Program-made: the position numbers and the translations under genes
Shown: positions 24,380 to 37,089 of the stretch, one piece after another
Numbering within the stretch: position 1 is the first letter of the stretch
Layout: every line of letters begins with the position of its first letter
The notes under the pieces: generated by a model
Databases searched by the model: none
Seen by the model: only the letters and a program-made list of their open reading frames with translations
Told to the model about the DNA's origin: nothing
Source of the DNA: Stegostoma tigrinum
Lineage: Eukaryota
Assembly: GCF_030684315.1 (NCBI RefSeq)
Contig: NC_081396.1
Coordinates: 124,001 to 188,000, forward strand
DNA length: 64,000 bases
Direction of reading: 5' to 3'

Positions 24380-27300
24380 AGGAAGCATGGAAACTAGGAG
24401 CAGGCCATTCAGCCCTTCCAGTCTGCTCTGCCATTTAACAGAGTCATGGCTGATCCTTGATCTCAATGCCATATTCCTGCTTTCTCCCCATAAGCCCTGA
24501 TATCTTTAGTATCTCAATCTCTTTCCTGAATGCATTTCAGTGACCCAGCCTCCCACAACCTTCTGTGGTGGAGAATTCCACAGGTTCACAACTGTCTGAA
24601 GGGGAAATGTTTCCTCATCTCAGTCACAGAGTCACACAACAGGGAATGGAGTCTTTGGTCCAACTTGTCTGTGCCGACCAGACATCCCAATCTGACCGAA
24701 TCCCACTTGCCAGCATTTGACCCATATCCTTCCAAGCCATGTACCCATCCAGATGCCTTTTAAATGTTGTAAATTGTACCAGCCTCCACCGCTTCCTCTG
24801 GCAGCTTGTTCCATATACACACCCACCTCTGTGTGAAAAAGTTACCCCTCAGGTCATTTTCAAATCTTACCCCTCTCTCCTTAAACCTACACCCTCTAGT
24901 TTTGGAGTCCCCTACCCTGGGGAAAAAGACCTTGGCTATGCACCCTATTCATGCCCCTCATCATTTTATAATTCTATAAAGGTCCCCCCCTCAGCCTCAA
25001 ATGCTCCAGCCTATTCAGCATCTCCCTTTAACTCAAACTCTCTAGTCCCAGTGACATTGTTGTAAATCTTTTCTGTACCGTCTCAAGTTTAACAACATCC
25101 TTCGCGCAGCAGGGAGACCAGAACTGTGTGCACTATTCCTAAAGCGGTCTAACCAATGTCCTGTACAGCCACAACATGACCCTCCCAACTCCTCTCCTTA
25201 ATGCACTGACCATTAAAGGAAGCGTACCAAACACCTTCTTTACTATCTTATCTAGCTTTATTCCACTTTCAAGGAGTTATGCACTGCGTCCTCAGCCTCT
25301 TTGTTTGGCAATACTTCCCAGGTCCTACCGCTTACTGTACAAGTCCTGCCCTGATTTACCTTACCAAAATGCAACACCTCACATTAATCGAAATTAAACT
25401 CCGTCTGCCACTCCTCAGCCTATTGGCCCATCTGATCAAGGTCCCGTTGTACTGATGATCCTTCTCACTGTCCACCACGCCACTCTTTTGGTGTCATCTG
25501 CAAACTTACTAACTGTGCCTCCTAATTCACATCCAAATCATTTATATGAATGACAAAAAGCAGTGGGTCCAGCACCGATCCTGGTGGCACACCTCCAGTC
25601 TGAAAAACATCCCTCCACCACCAGCCTCTGTCCCCTGCAGTCCCAACCAATATCCTGAGACTGTCACCTTTCGTTCTAGACTCCCCAACCAGGGAGGGGA
25701 AGCATCCCCCCAAATCTGGTCTGTCCAGCCCTGTTAAAACTGTATACATTTCAATCAGAACCCCTCTCATTCCTCTGAACTGCAGTGAATACAGATCCGG
25801 ATGAACCTGGGACAATCCTCCTACTCTGATATTGCTAACATCCTCCTCGTGAACCTCCACTGCACTCCCTCTATGCCAAGAATATCCTCTCTCAGATAAG
25901 GAGACCAAAACGATGCACAATACTCCTGGTGTGGTCTCAACAGACTGGTGCACAAGGATACTCAGACCCCGTTTTACATCCATACGTCCCAACATGTCAC
26001 TATTTAAATAGCACTTCACCTACCGTTTTAAGCTTTATTTGAAAGGGAACGGAGTATAAACATATGGGGTTTTGCTAAAACTCTACTGGTCAGACCACAA
26101 CTGGAATACTGCGAACAGTTTTGGGGTCCCGTAACTAATCAGAGGTCGACTGTCGTTGGAGGCGGTTCAGAGCTTGGGGGGTGATTCTGGGGATACAGGG
26201 ATTGTCTTATGAAGAGAGGTTGAGAGGGCTGGCTGTGTACTGTTTGGAGTTGAGAATAATGTGAGGTGAGCTTATTAAAACACACAACATTCTCGGGCGG
26301 GGGAATCCTGACAGGGGAGATGTGGACAGGTTGTTTTCCCCCTTGTGGGAGAGTCTAGTACCAGAGGGTGTAATCTCAGAGTAAGTCGTGGTCCACTGAA
26401 GATCGCACTAAAGGAAGGATGTGATCGTTCTGGAGAGAGGGGTTTGCAGAGGAGATTACCAGGATGTTGCCTGGAATGGAGCATATTTGACGATGAAGAG
26501 TACTGGATAAGTTCAGGTTGTTTCCTTTGGAGTGGAGCAGACTGAGAGGGAACTTGATAGAGGTGGGTAAGATTATGACAGGCATGAACATGGTGAATAG
26601 AAAGCAGCTGTTGCCCCTCTTTGAAGGGTCACTAACAAGGGACATCATTTTAAGGTGGAAGGCAGGAGATTTAGAGAGAATTTGAGGGGGGGGGATCAGG
26701 CAGGAAACTGCACAACCTTTAAAACAAGTATCCGAGTCAGTACTTGAAATGTCAGAACATCCCATTATGGGCCAAGTGCTGGAAAATGGGACTCGGGTAG
26801 ATAGGTCAGCACAGGCTCGATGGGCCGAAGGGTTTCTTCTGTACTGTATGATTCAATGGCTCTGTGGAGGTCTTGCTTCAGTTGTACAGGGCCTTGGTGA
26901 GACCACACCTGGAGTTAGGCCCCTGTGCCATGTCGAACAAGGGGACGACCCTGCAGCATGCCTAGGGCTGTGGTTCAGGGGAAAGGATAGAGGTTGTGGG
27001 GCAGGAGAGTCTTGCTACAGGTGTGTTAACAGATAGAAAAAAGCAGCTAATCTTGGATAACTCCCTGGATGCAATCCCAGCAAAGCCTCACAAGAGACTG
27101 GGGAAGGGAACACAGAAATTGCTGGGGAACTCGGCAGACCTGCCGAGAGAGAGAGAGAGAGAGAGACAGAGGTAATGTTTTGAGTACTCGGGTCCTGAGA
27201 AAGAGTCTAACCTCGTCTCGAAATGCTAACTCGGTTTCTCTCTGTGCAGATGCTGCCTGACTTGAGTTTCCCCTGCACCTTCTGTTTTTATTTAATCTGC

Positions 27301-27900
27301 AGTGATTTGCTTCTGCTGGGCCCTGAGATGAAGGGCTGAATAAAGTGGGCTGATAGTTTTGGAGGACAGAAGGTGATCTTTTGGAGGTAGACGAGATTCA
27401 GAAGCAGCTTGACGAGGATAGACACCGAGAGATTATTTCCCCCCAGGTCTCTGGGCTGGGGAACCTAGAACACAGAGGGGCCACAGACTCAGGGTAAGGG
27501 GGTAATCACCTCAGACTGAGAGAAGGAATACGTGTATGGAATGAGCTACCCGACGAAGCAGTGGAAGTTGGAACAATTACAACATTTAAAAGGAATCTGG
27601 ATGGGGAAACAGGAATAAGAAGGGTTTAGAGGGATATCGGCCAAATGCTGGCCAATATGATTTAGGATATCTGGTGGGCATTAGATGAGTTGGACCCAAG
27701 AGTCTGTTTCCATGCTGTACATCTCTATGACTCTGTAATTCGTTCACTCGAGGGCTGGTGAGTTGTTGGAATTCCCTGCCTCAAAGAGTCACGGATGATC
27801 TGTTGTTTGGAGGCCGGGACAGACGTTTTCTCTTACGGATTTGAGGGATACAGGGAAAGGGTGTGACACTGGAGTTCAGACTCAGTGTTGCTCATATTGA
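24380..27900. mobile_element. Nested decayed CR1 fragments in the predicted intron 1 of ZNF-3
   Basis: Minus GVPPGSVLDPLLFVIHINDLDVN and FADDTK (gtgtcatctgcaaac) at about 25490-25600; plus-strand CR1 3' pieces 26030-27900. Confidence 0.75.
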
Positions 27901-28024
27901 CAGGTGAAGCAGATTCGATTGCTCCTACACCTTGTGTTTATGCTGTTGTAGGTTCGGGGAATCAGAGAAACAGCAAAGGGACTTCACCCATTCGGGAAGC
28001 TGATGGACAGGGGGTGCTTTTTCC

Positions 28025-28345
28025 TATTCGTTCATCGCTGGCTGGACCAGCATTTACTGCCCATCCCTAATTGCCTGGAAGGGGTCAACTACATTGCTGT
28101 GAGTCACATGTAGGCCAGACCGAGTAAGGATGGCAGTTTAATTCCCTAAACAACATTGATGGACCAGATGGGTTTTTCCAACAATTGACAATGACTTCAT
28201 CATGAGACTTTTAACTCCAGATTGTTACTGAATTGAAACTCCACCATCTGCTGTGGGTGGATTCAAACACTAGACCCCAGAATGTTACCTAGGTCTCTGG
28301 ATTAACAGTCCATCGATAATACCATTAGACCATCACTTCCCCTCT
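28025..28345 (-). mobile_element. tRNA-derived SINE copy
   Basis: Reverse complement aligns by eye to 7953-8300. Confidence 0.8.
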
Positions 28346-29334
28346 CCCAGGTGCAAATTGCGACGCTGGTATAAGCCAATGACAGAGAAGGGGTAGTCCC
28401 TGAGCAGAGTCCAGAAAAATCACGACATGTCTCTTTCTGCTTCTCGCTCTACACCTGTCATGCTTAGTGCCCAACAACCTGAAACACATTTAGTGCAAAC
28501 TCTGGACAGTGATGGAGAAACGGAGATTATGAACTGAGATCATCATGACATAGGAGCAGAATAAGGCCATTCAGGCTGATTGAGTCTGCTCCATCGTTTG
28601 ATATGTTTCTCAACCCCATTCTCCTGCTTTCTCCCCACAACTTCTGATCCCCTCCCTTAATGAACAGGAAGTTCCCTAACTCTGTCTTAGTGCCATTTAA
28701 TGCTTTGGCCTCCACACTTCTTTGTGGCAATGAATTCCACCGTACTGAGTGTCTGTGCACTGCTGTGTGTGTGTGTGGGTTAATTTTGTACTGAGTCTGT
28801 ATCGAATCTTAATTCTGCACTGAGATCGTCTATGTATGTAGGAGAGCTCTTAATTTTGCACTGAGAGTCATAGAATTACACTGTGGAAACAGACTCTTTG
28901 GCTCAACTTGTCCATGCCGACCCAGTTTCCCCAAGATAAATTAGTGCGATTTGCCTGTGTTTGGCCTATATCCCTCATACCTTTCCTTCTCTTTCCAGTC
29001 CATGTACCTGTTCAAATGTCTTTTAAACGTAATTCTTGGTCACCTCTTCGAAAAACTTAATCAACTTTGTGTGATACAATGCCCCAAGCACAAAGCTGTG
29101 CTGACAATCCCTAATCAGTTCCTGCCTTTGCAAAAGCACGTAGACCCTGTCTGTCAGAATCTCCTCTCACAACTGCTGTCAGCCTCACCTCGCAGCTTTA
29201 CTTCAATATAGGGACAACATTAGCCAGTGTCCAGTATTCTGGCAACTCAGCCGTAGCTGTCAATGATAAAGAAGCTGTCTGTTCGGATCCTGCGATTTTG
29301 AGAGTGTGTGTGCCTTTCAACATTTACTTTGTAC

Positions 29335-29472
29335 AGGGACAGCAGGAACTGCAGATGCTGGAGATACTGAGATAACAAGGTGAAGAAGGGTTTAGGCCCG
29401 AAATGTCAGCTTTCCTGCTCCTCTGATGCTGCTTGGCCTGCTGTGTTCATCCAGCTCTACACCTTGTTTTCA
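29335..29472. mobile_element. Short Penelope-derived fold-back
   Basis: ggaactgcagatgctggaga joined to tgaagaagggtttaggcccgaaatgtcagc...catccagctctacacc. Confidence 0.7.
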
Positions 29473-29474
29473 CA

Positions 29475-29702
29475 TTTATTTTGCACAGAGAGTTTGTCGG
29501 AGGGGGTGGGGGGGGGGAGATTGTGTTAATTTTGCACTGAATGTGTGTGTGGGGGGGGAATTAATTTTGCACTGTGTGTGAGGGAGAATTAATTTTGCAT
29601 TTTGTGTGTGGGAGGGGTAGCTTTACATTGAGTGTGTGTTGGGGGAGTCAATTTTGCATTGACAGTGTGTGTATTTTTGGGGTGGGGGTAATGTTGCACT
29701 GA
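29475..29702. repeat. Degenerate ~30-bp repeat taattttgcactgagtgtgtgtgggg (also 28770-28865)
   Basis: ttttgcac/ttttgcat core recurring about 9 times over both patches. Confidence 0.65.
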
Positions 29703-29704
29703 CC

Positions 29705-30475
29705 GAGGAAGAGGGCGTTAACTGCGCATGCCCCTGGAGCCGGCACCGCGCATGCTCAGAGTGGTGGGGAAACTGCCCTTCTCCAGATGCCGCCCCGTGA
29801 ATAACGGTCGGGAGAGGGGACGGGTTAAAAGTCAAAACTGGACAGCGCTCCTGTAATCGTAGGGCCTGTGCACGGGTGAGGGAAAGGAAATGGAGAAACG
29901 GGGTGGCGGGGGTGGAAAACAGCAAGAAATACAAGATACAGAATCACGAACCTACCGGACAGCGGGCGACCTCCTCTCAACACGTGACCCTGGCGCGGCG
30001 TGTGATTGATGCCTGCCTTCGCCAATCAGGAGCAAAGGTCATCGTTCAACCCACGGGATGAGGACGATTGATGTCCCTGTCCGCCAATAGGGAGCGGGGG
30101 CGTCGACTCGAACCGGTACTGCCTGATTGACGTCATCCTTCCCCAATAAGTTCCTCGATCCGTCCCCTAACCATGTAGATGTGTGACGTCGCTTTCCGCC
30201 AATGGAGATGTGGCAGGCAGCCGGCATGTATGATTGGCGTGGCCGCCTGCCAATGAGTTGAGTGGACCGCGGGAAGGCGGCCAATGACATCGACCTCCCC
30301 TACCGACAAGAAAGGGCTATCCCACCCTTGAAATAGTGATTGACATCCACCGTCACCAATGGGAACCCCGGGACCGTAGTACCGCCCACAAATCATAAAG
30401 ATTGACGTTAACACCCGCCAATGGGAAACCAAGGACTGTCGTCTTCACGCACCCCCCCCGCCAATGAGGATCCAG
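29705..30475 (-). promoter_or_regulatory. CpG-island promoter and predicted exon 1 of ZNF-3
   Basis: NRF1-like GCGCATGC at about 29724 and 29748; donor CCG|GTAGGT at 29956/29955; CACGTGAC 29981-29988; TGACGTCA 30128-30135; about 10 CCAAT/ATTGG. Confidence 0.75.
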
Positions 30476-30671
30476 GGCATTTTTTCCTTTGTCCAACTGC
30501 TTCCTGAAATCTGGCCTGAACACACTGGCCCTGATTCTCAAGAGCATTACCCCAACTTCCAGAATCCACAGCCACCCTGTACCTTGCTGTTATTACCTGG
30601 CAGGTATATTTATCGCCCCGTCCCTAGTTGTCCCCCTTCAGAAGGTGGGGATGTGCTGCCCTCTTGAACCA

Positions 30672-31262
30672 CTGCAGGAAGGTGAGGGATGTGTTGGAGA
30701 TGGCCCAGGTGAACTTAAGGTTGGGGTGGAAGGTGTTGGTGAAGTGGATGACCTGTTCGAGCTCCTCATGGGAGCACGAGGCAGTGCTGAAACAGTCATC
30801 AGTGTAATGGAGGAAGAGGTGGGGTTTAGGGCCAGCGGAGGTACGGAAGAGGGATTGTTCCACGTAACCTACAAAGAGGCAGGCATAGCTTGGGCCCATG
30901 TAGGTACCCATGACCACCCGCTTTGTCTGTAGGAAGTGGGAGGAATTGAAAGAGAAGTTGTTGAGGGTGAGGACCAGTTCGGCTAGGCGGATCAGGGTGT
31001 CAATGGAGGGGGACTGGGTGGGACTGTAGGATAGGAAGAAGTGGAGGGCCTTTAGGCCATCTGCGTGGAGAATGCAGGTATATAGGGACTGGACGTCCAT
31101 GGTAAAGATGAGGTGTTGGGGACCGGGAAGTTCTGGAAGAAGTAGAGGGCATCGGTGGTGTCATGTACATAGGCGGGGAATTCCTGGACCAAGGGGGAGA
31201 AAATGGAGTCAAGATAGGTGGAGATGAGTTCGTGGGGCAGAAGCAGGCAGACACAATGGGTC
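30672..31262 (-). mobile_element. Penelope-like element reverse transcriptase fragment
   Basis: MDVQSLYT...LTLNNFSFN...MGTYMGPSYACLFVG...YTDD...FHPNLKFT is the Penelope RT signature. Confidence 0.9.
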
Positions 31263-34200
31263 TTGTTCTATTGTATTCAGGACAGTTGCACCCACTCAAA
31301 CTTTAAAAGTCACCAGTCCTATTCTCATGTTGATCATGCCTCTTATCCGTGCCAGGCCATTTCCATGGTTTTGGCACCAATATCCCTATATCATACTGTC
31401 CTTTGCTTGGAAGAGTTTTGTGTTTGGCATTGGAGTTCCTGATGCTGCTTCACCCTGGGAAGATCAGACTTAGCCTGGTGTGAATTCTTCTCCCCCTTAG
31501 CATCACTGCTGGAGCTATTCCTGTAGTTGCATGTGGGGTGGTCTCATAATCAAACAAGAACTGTGACAGTCTGGTATCTAGTGAGGCTACAGTCCAACTT
31601 TCAATGTTTGGACTGCTTTTTCCGCCAGGCCGTTGGATAATGAGTGGGAACTGCCCTAAAGTTGAATGGGATTCGATGTATTAAGAGATAAGTAAAGTTT
31701 CTGCTGGTGAACGATGGCCCATTATCCAAGCCCAATACCGCCAGTACTCTGCGTACAAAAGATGTGTGCAGTTTTACTAACATTGCTCCAGACAAATGGA
31801 CTCTATGTGCATCTGACCACTGTTAATGTGTGTCTACAATGACTAAAAACATTGAATCTACGAAAGGACCACCATTGTCGATGTGTAACTGAGTTCGGGG
31901 TTCACGCAGCCATTCCCAGAAATGTGGGAGAGAGCTGCTTGTGGTAATTTTTGTCCCCATTGACATTCTGGGCACTGTCCCCACCAACGCGGCCATGTCT
32001 GTGTCCAAGACTGGCCACCTGACATAACATCTCGCCAATATCTTCACTTCCTTTTCAGGGAGACCCCTGAATAGACCACATGGAGTTCAGCCAGTATTTG
32101 TCAGCATTTTTTAATCGGGACAGTCACTCTTGCTCCCCATAACAATGTGCTGCCCCCCCTACTGTCAGCTGGTCTTTCCAGGTCCAAAAAGGTTTCAGTT
32201 TGGATAGGACAGCATCCTTCTGCGTCGAAAGTCTGATAATTATCAGCGAGTGTTGAGTGGTAAATCTGCTAACTCTCCCGGCCGGTGTTCAACTAATATT
32301 GGAGCTAGGACTCTGTGGTCCGTGATTGTCATGAATTTTCACCCATAAAGCTATGAGTGGAACTTTCTCACTCCAAATATGACCACCAATCCTTCTTCTA
32401 TGTGGCCATATTTACCTCCGCACTAGCTATTAGGTGGCCCACTGGAGGGGAATGCCCATGAGCTAATACCACCCCGATGCCCTACAGGGGAGGCATTGCA
32501 CATCATTACCAGATATTCTCGGGATCATAGTGTTGCAACCCATTCAAGGATGATGGTTGTTAGGGCCTGCCTATGAGACCATTTCCAAGGGTGACCGGGT
32601 TTTAGGAGTTGATGCCGTGGTGCCAGGCTGGATACCAGTTTGTGTATGAGCTGCCCATAATTATTTACCCGACTCAGAAATGACCTACGCTCCTGGACAG
32701 ACTTGGAGACACAGCATCTTTTCCAATGGGTGTAACCTAGTCTTATCGACACTGGAGCCTAAGTAAGCCACTTGGAAGGCCTGGAACAGACATTTTTCCC
32801 TTTTTCAGTGTACACTGGCCTTGGAAAAATGGCTTAGGGCTATATCCAAGTTCTCCAAGTGCTCCCTATTGTGTAGGGGAAGGGAAACCTAAGGAAGACC
32901 TTGCAAAATGTTTACCATCATCTGAAAAATTGAACATGCAGGTGATACACCAAATGGTGATCTCGTGTATTGATACAATACCTTTTGGGTATTAATTGTG
33001 GTATAATTCTTGAAATCTTGGTCCAAATGCAATTGCAAGTAAATGTGGCTGATGTCCAGCTTCATTAGGGACAGCACCCCCTGCCTGCTTTGCACATACA
33101 AACCTCTGTGCAAGGGACTGGGTTTTTAATCCAGCTGCAAAAACCAGTTTGCTATTTGTTTAAAATCCCCACAAAGGTGAACTGACCCATCTGGCGACAA
33201 AATTGGTCCAAATGGTACTGCCCATTCTGCTGATCGGACTGGTTTGAGGATTCCTTCACTTTCCGGTCTTCTGACTTCTGCTTTTACTTTTTCCCCAAGG
33301 GAAATGGCACCGGGTGGGCCTGGCAGAATCACGGAATTGCTTCCCGGTCAATATGCAAAGTCACTTTGGCTCCACTGATAGTCCCCAGATCTTCCTGAAA
33401 ACCTTCCGGATACTTAGTTAGGATTTAAGGCAGCCATTTCTTTAAAACTAAAAAATGTTGAGCCAGTCGAGGTGAATCCCTCAGAACCAATTTTGCTCCA
33501 TTAAGCTTGGGGCCCAGGCCTCCTACTACAATCACTGGTAACCGAATTAGCTGCCTTTCATGAGACAGCGAAATATAGATTGCTCCCTCCATCTGCCATG
33601 GCTCCTGGTATAGGTTCTCAGCCGAGCTGAAGTCTTGTGCAAATTTAAAGGTTGGAATCCAGAGCGAATTTTAATAAAAACTGGTTCTGCGATCACAGGT
33701 AAAGCCGCACCAGTATCGAACTCCGTTTCAAACGGGTGACCATCTAATCAGACATTTATCCTGACTGTTGCTGAGCAATTTAACTGTTCCAAATTGGATA
33801 CTAGTGGGATTTCCTGTGTAAGAATTCTCCTGGACACCCTCTTGGATACCGGTCTATGAGTTATCTTACTCCATTTAAGTCTAGTAAGGCTCTGCTGCTG
33901 TCCTGAATCTGCATAATTTCTGCTCCTATGTCTTATAGCAGGAGAATGGGGTTGAGGAACTTATCAGCCATGATTGAATGGCAGAGCAGACTCGATGGGC
34001 CGAATGGCCTAATTTCTGCTCCCATATCTTACGGTCTTAACAATTACAATGCCTTAGTGGGCAGGATCATGAAGAAAGCTGTAATGGTTTGGCAGACACT
34101 GTGGACTGACATAGAGTCCGTCTGATCAGGAGATTTCCTGAGTGAGGCTATGCAATTGCTTTCACTCAAGTGGTGATGCCCAAGCTCAGTCGGACTGGCG

Positions 34201-35040
34201 AGGGTGTCCAATTCCATCGGAATGCCCAGCAACTCACTTGCTCCACATGCTATACATTCCAATGATAAAGCTAGTTGTAGTGCCCGTTTGACGTCTAGCT
34301 GAGTTTCAGCGAGTCGGCATTTTTGCACAATCATGTCATTAATCTCACATACTGTATGATCTCTAGACATCTCATTAAGAGTTAAACAAAATTCACAGAC
34401 CTCTACCAGTCATCTTACCCTTATCACGAATCCTGATATGATTTCCCTGGCTCTCGAATTGCCAAGTATAAGCAACAGTGTCTCTGAATTACAGGAGGCT
34501 TGGGGACATAATATTTTTTAGCTATGTACATTAATTCTTGAAAGTTTTTAGTATCTGGTGCGTCAGTGCATGTTGGGCTCCTAATGACAGAAAAAGCTAC
34601 AGACCCACAGGATTTCAGGAGAATTACTTGCCACAATGTCTGGAAAAAGTAAAGCATTCTTTCCACATACTGGGCCCAGTCCTCAATGACAAGGTTGAAC
34701 AAGTCAAGTTTTCCAAACGGAGGCATGATGTAAGAAAATGTTTACCCTCTACTTCAAAATGACTGCTGTGAGCGAGTTTCTTCAGGATCATGCATTACTC
34801 TCACTGTCAAAAACTCTTCAGACGCTGGCATCCCATTCCTGATCACCCTTTATTTACAAATGCATAACTGTTGTCAATAGCACAGCCTCTCACTGCGTCA
34901 GGCATCCAGGGGATCAATATCCCTGACATTTATCCTTTTATGTCAGTCAGGGCTCCCTGATTGGACGAGATTGACAACCACCTCAGGGAACTCTTATTTT
35001 ATGAGGTTCAGCCAGCTGACCCCTTGTTATCAGCATCACT
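31263..35040 (-). mobile_element. Degenerate Gypsy/Ty3 LTR retrotransposon (gag-PR-RT-RH-IN), putative 5' LTR about 34806-35038
   Basis: gag MPPFGKLD...EDWAQYVERM; protease FDTGAA near 33700; RT LCGDFK and YQYTRSPFGVS; RNase H-region RSFLSRVNNYG; integrase YVRWPVLD and DNGPSFTS; many stops; 3' LTR not seen. Confidence 0.88.
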
Positions 35041-35869
35041 GGTGTATTTCCAAGTCAGGATGATGAGTGGGTCGGGGGAACTTGCAGGGACTCGTGTTTC
35101 CATGTATCTGCTGCTTTTGTCCTTTTAGATGCAAGCAGCTTAGCTCCACAGTACCAGCCTTTGGCCCTTATCATTCAATACATTTGCTTAATAAAAAAAT
35201 ACCTATTTCAGATCTAAAATGACCAACTAATCCTGCATCCAGTGCTACTTGTAGAAGATAGTTCCAAACATCTAGTCTCTTTCTGTCTCAAAGTGCTTCC
35301 TAACATCTCTCCTGAACTGAAACAGAAATTGTAGGCGAAACTCAGCAGGTCTGCCTGTCTCTGTGGGGAGAAAGCAGAATCAACATTTTGAGTTCATTGA
35401 CTCTTCATCCAAACTGCTTCTCAGACTATCCCCTGGGGAGGCCTCTCGGCCCATTGAGACTGCACCCGCTGTCCAAATAATTGTTATGATCCCGTAAGTC
35501 TAACTTGCTCCTCGGTCCCCGGTACAGATGAGCTAAGTTTAAATAGGTTGCAACTGTACTCGCTGAAGTAAATGCTGAGAGAATGCTTCCCTATCATGGG
35601 AGTGACTAGGACCAGAGCATCATAGTCTCAGGATAAAAGGGCGCCAAATGAAGACTGAGATAAGGAGGAACTTCTTCTCTCTGAGGGTTGTGTATCTCTG
35701 GAACTCCTTGCCACAGCAGCTGTGTGGGTAGAATCCTTGTGGTATATTTTCAAACAGATTCTTGATCAGCCCCTCAAGCCTGCTCTGCTATTCAACAGGA
35801 TCATGGCCGATCATTTAACTCTGTCCCCTGTGTCCCCCATTCCCTTTAACTCTAAGATCTGTTATCTAA

Positions 35870-36075
35870 CTTCCTCCGGGTGCTCCGGTTTCCTCCCACA
35901 GTCCAAAGATGTGCAGGCTAGGTGGATCGGCCATGCTAAATAGCCCATAGTGTTCAGGGGTGTGTGGGTTATAGGGGATGGGTCTGGGTGGGATGCTTCA
36001 AGGGGCAGTGTGGACTTGTTGGGCTGAAGGGCCTGTTTCCACACTGTAGGGAATCTAATCTAATCTAATCTAATC
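35870..36075 (+). mobile_element. HE1-type V-SINE, 5'-truncated
   Basis: V-domain ttcctccgggtgctccggtttcctcccacagtccaaagatgtgc, CR1-like tail and (taatc)n end. Confidence 0.85.
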
Positions 36076-37060
36076 AATGCTTTGGCCCTGAACGCTTCCT
36101 GTGACAGAGAATCCCACAGGCTCCCCCACTCTCTGGGTGAAGCCATTTCTCCTCATCTCAGTCCTACACCAGTCTCCTCTAGACTGTCACCCCCTGGTTC
36201 CGGATGCCCCAACCCCTCCACCTCGAACCACCCCAGTCATCGGGAACATCCTTCTGCGCTGACCCTGTTTAGTCTTGTTGGAATTCTATAGGTTTCTATC
36301 AGATTTCACGCCCTCCCTTGCTCATTTCTCCCCTATCATGAATACTCATTTAAAACTTAATGTATGTCTTTTGGCTCCATCCAATAAAGTCCATCATGGG
36401 CCACACTCTGTTCTCTGCTTATCCCTTTGCCCCTAATTTACTTATGAAATGCCTATCTTATGCGTTAACATTTTCTCATGCTTCCTCTTTGTATAATTCT
36501 CAAAACTTTCTTCTGCAACCTCTCCAGTTGTTTGTATCCTTTCTGAAAATGGTCCACAGTCTTCCAGTTGAAGTCTAACCAGTGTCCTGTTCAGCTTCAC
36601 CACAGCCTTGCTGTTGTGTTCTACTCCTCTAATAATAAGGCCAAGGGGTACTGAATGATTTATTAACGGCTGTCATCTCCTTTAGTCTTTACCTCATCCT
36701 GTTTTTTGACCAAAATGTGTCATCTCGCTGTTCTCTGTGTTGAACTTCATCTGCCACCTGTTTGCCCATTTCACCAACTCACTGATGTACTTTTGAACTA
36801 CACTGTTCTCCTCAACAAATGACAATGCTTTGGATCATCTCCAATCTTCAAAACTGTCCCCACCAGGGTATAGATCAGTGATATATCAGGAAAAGCAATG
36901 GTCCCAACAACTGGGGACCTCCACTTCAAACGTTCCATCCAGTCCAGGAATGACGCACTGACCACTGCATGTTGTTTCCTATCCCTCAGACCAGTTTATA
37001 TTCATGTTGCTACTGTCCCTTTTACTCCATGGGCTCTGACTTGTCTCACAAATCTGTTGC
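36076..37060 (-). mobile_element. Decayed CR1 fragments
   Basis: tttctcctcatctcagtcct; ttgaacttcatctgccacc (reverse of WQMKFN). Confidence 0.6.
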
Positions 37061-37089
37061 CAAACTGCTGCCTAAGGGCCAAATGAGAC

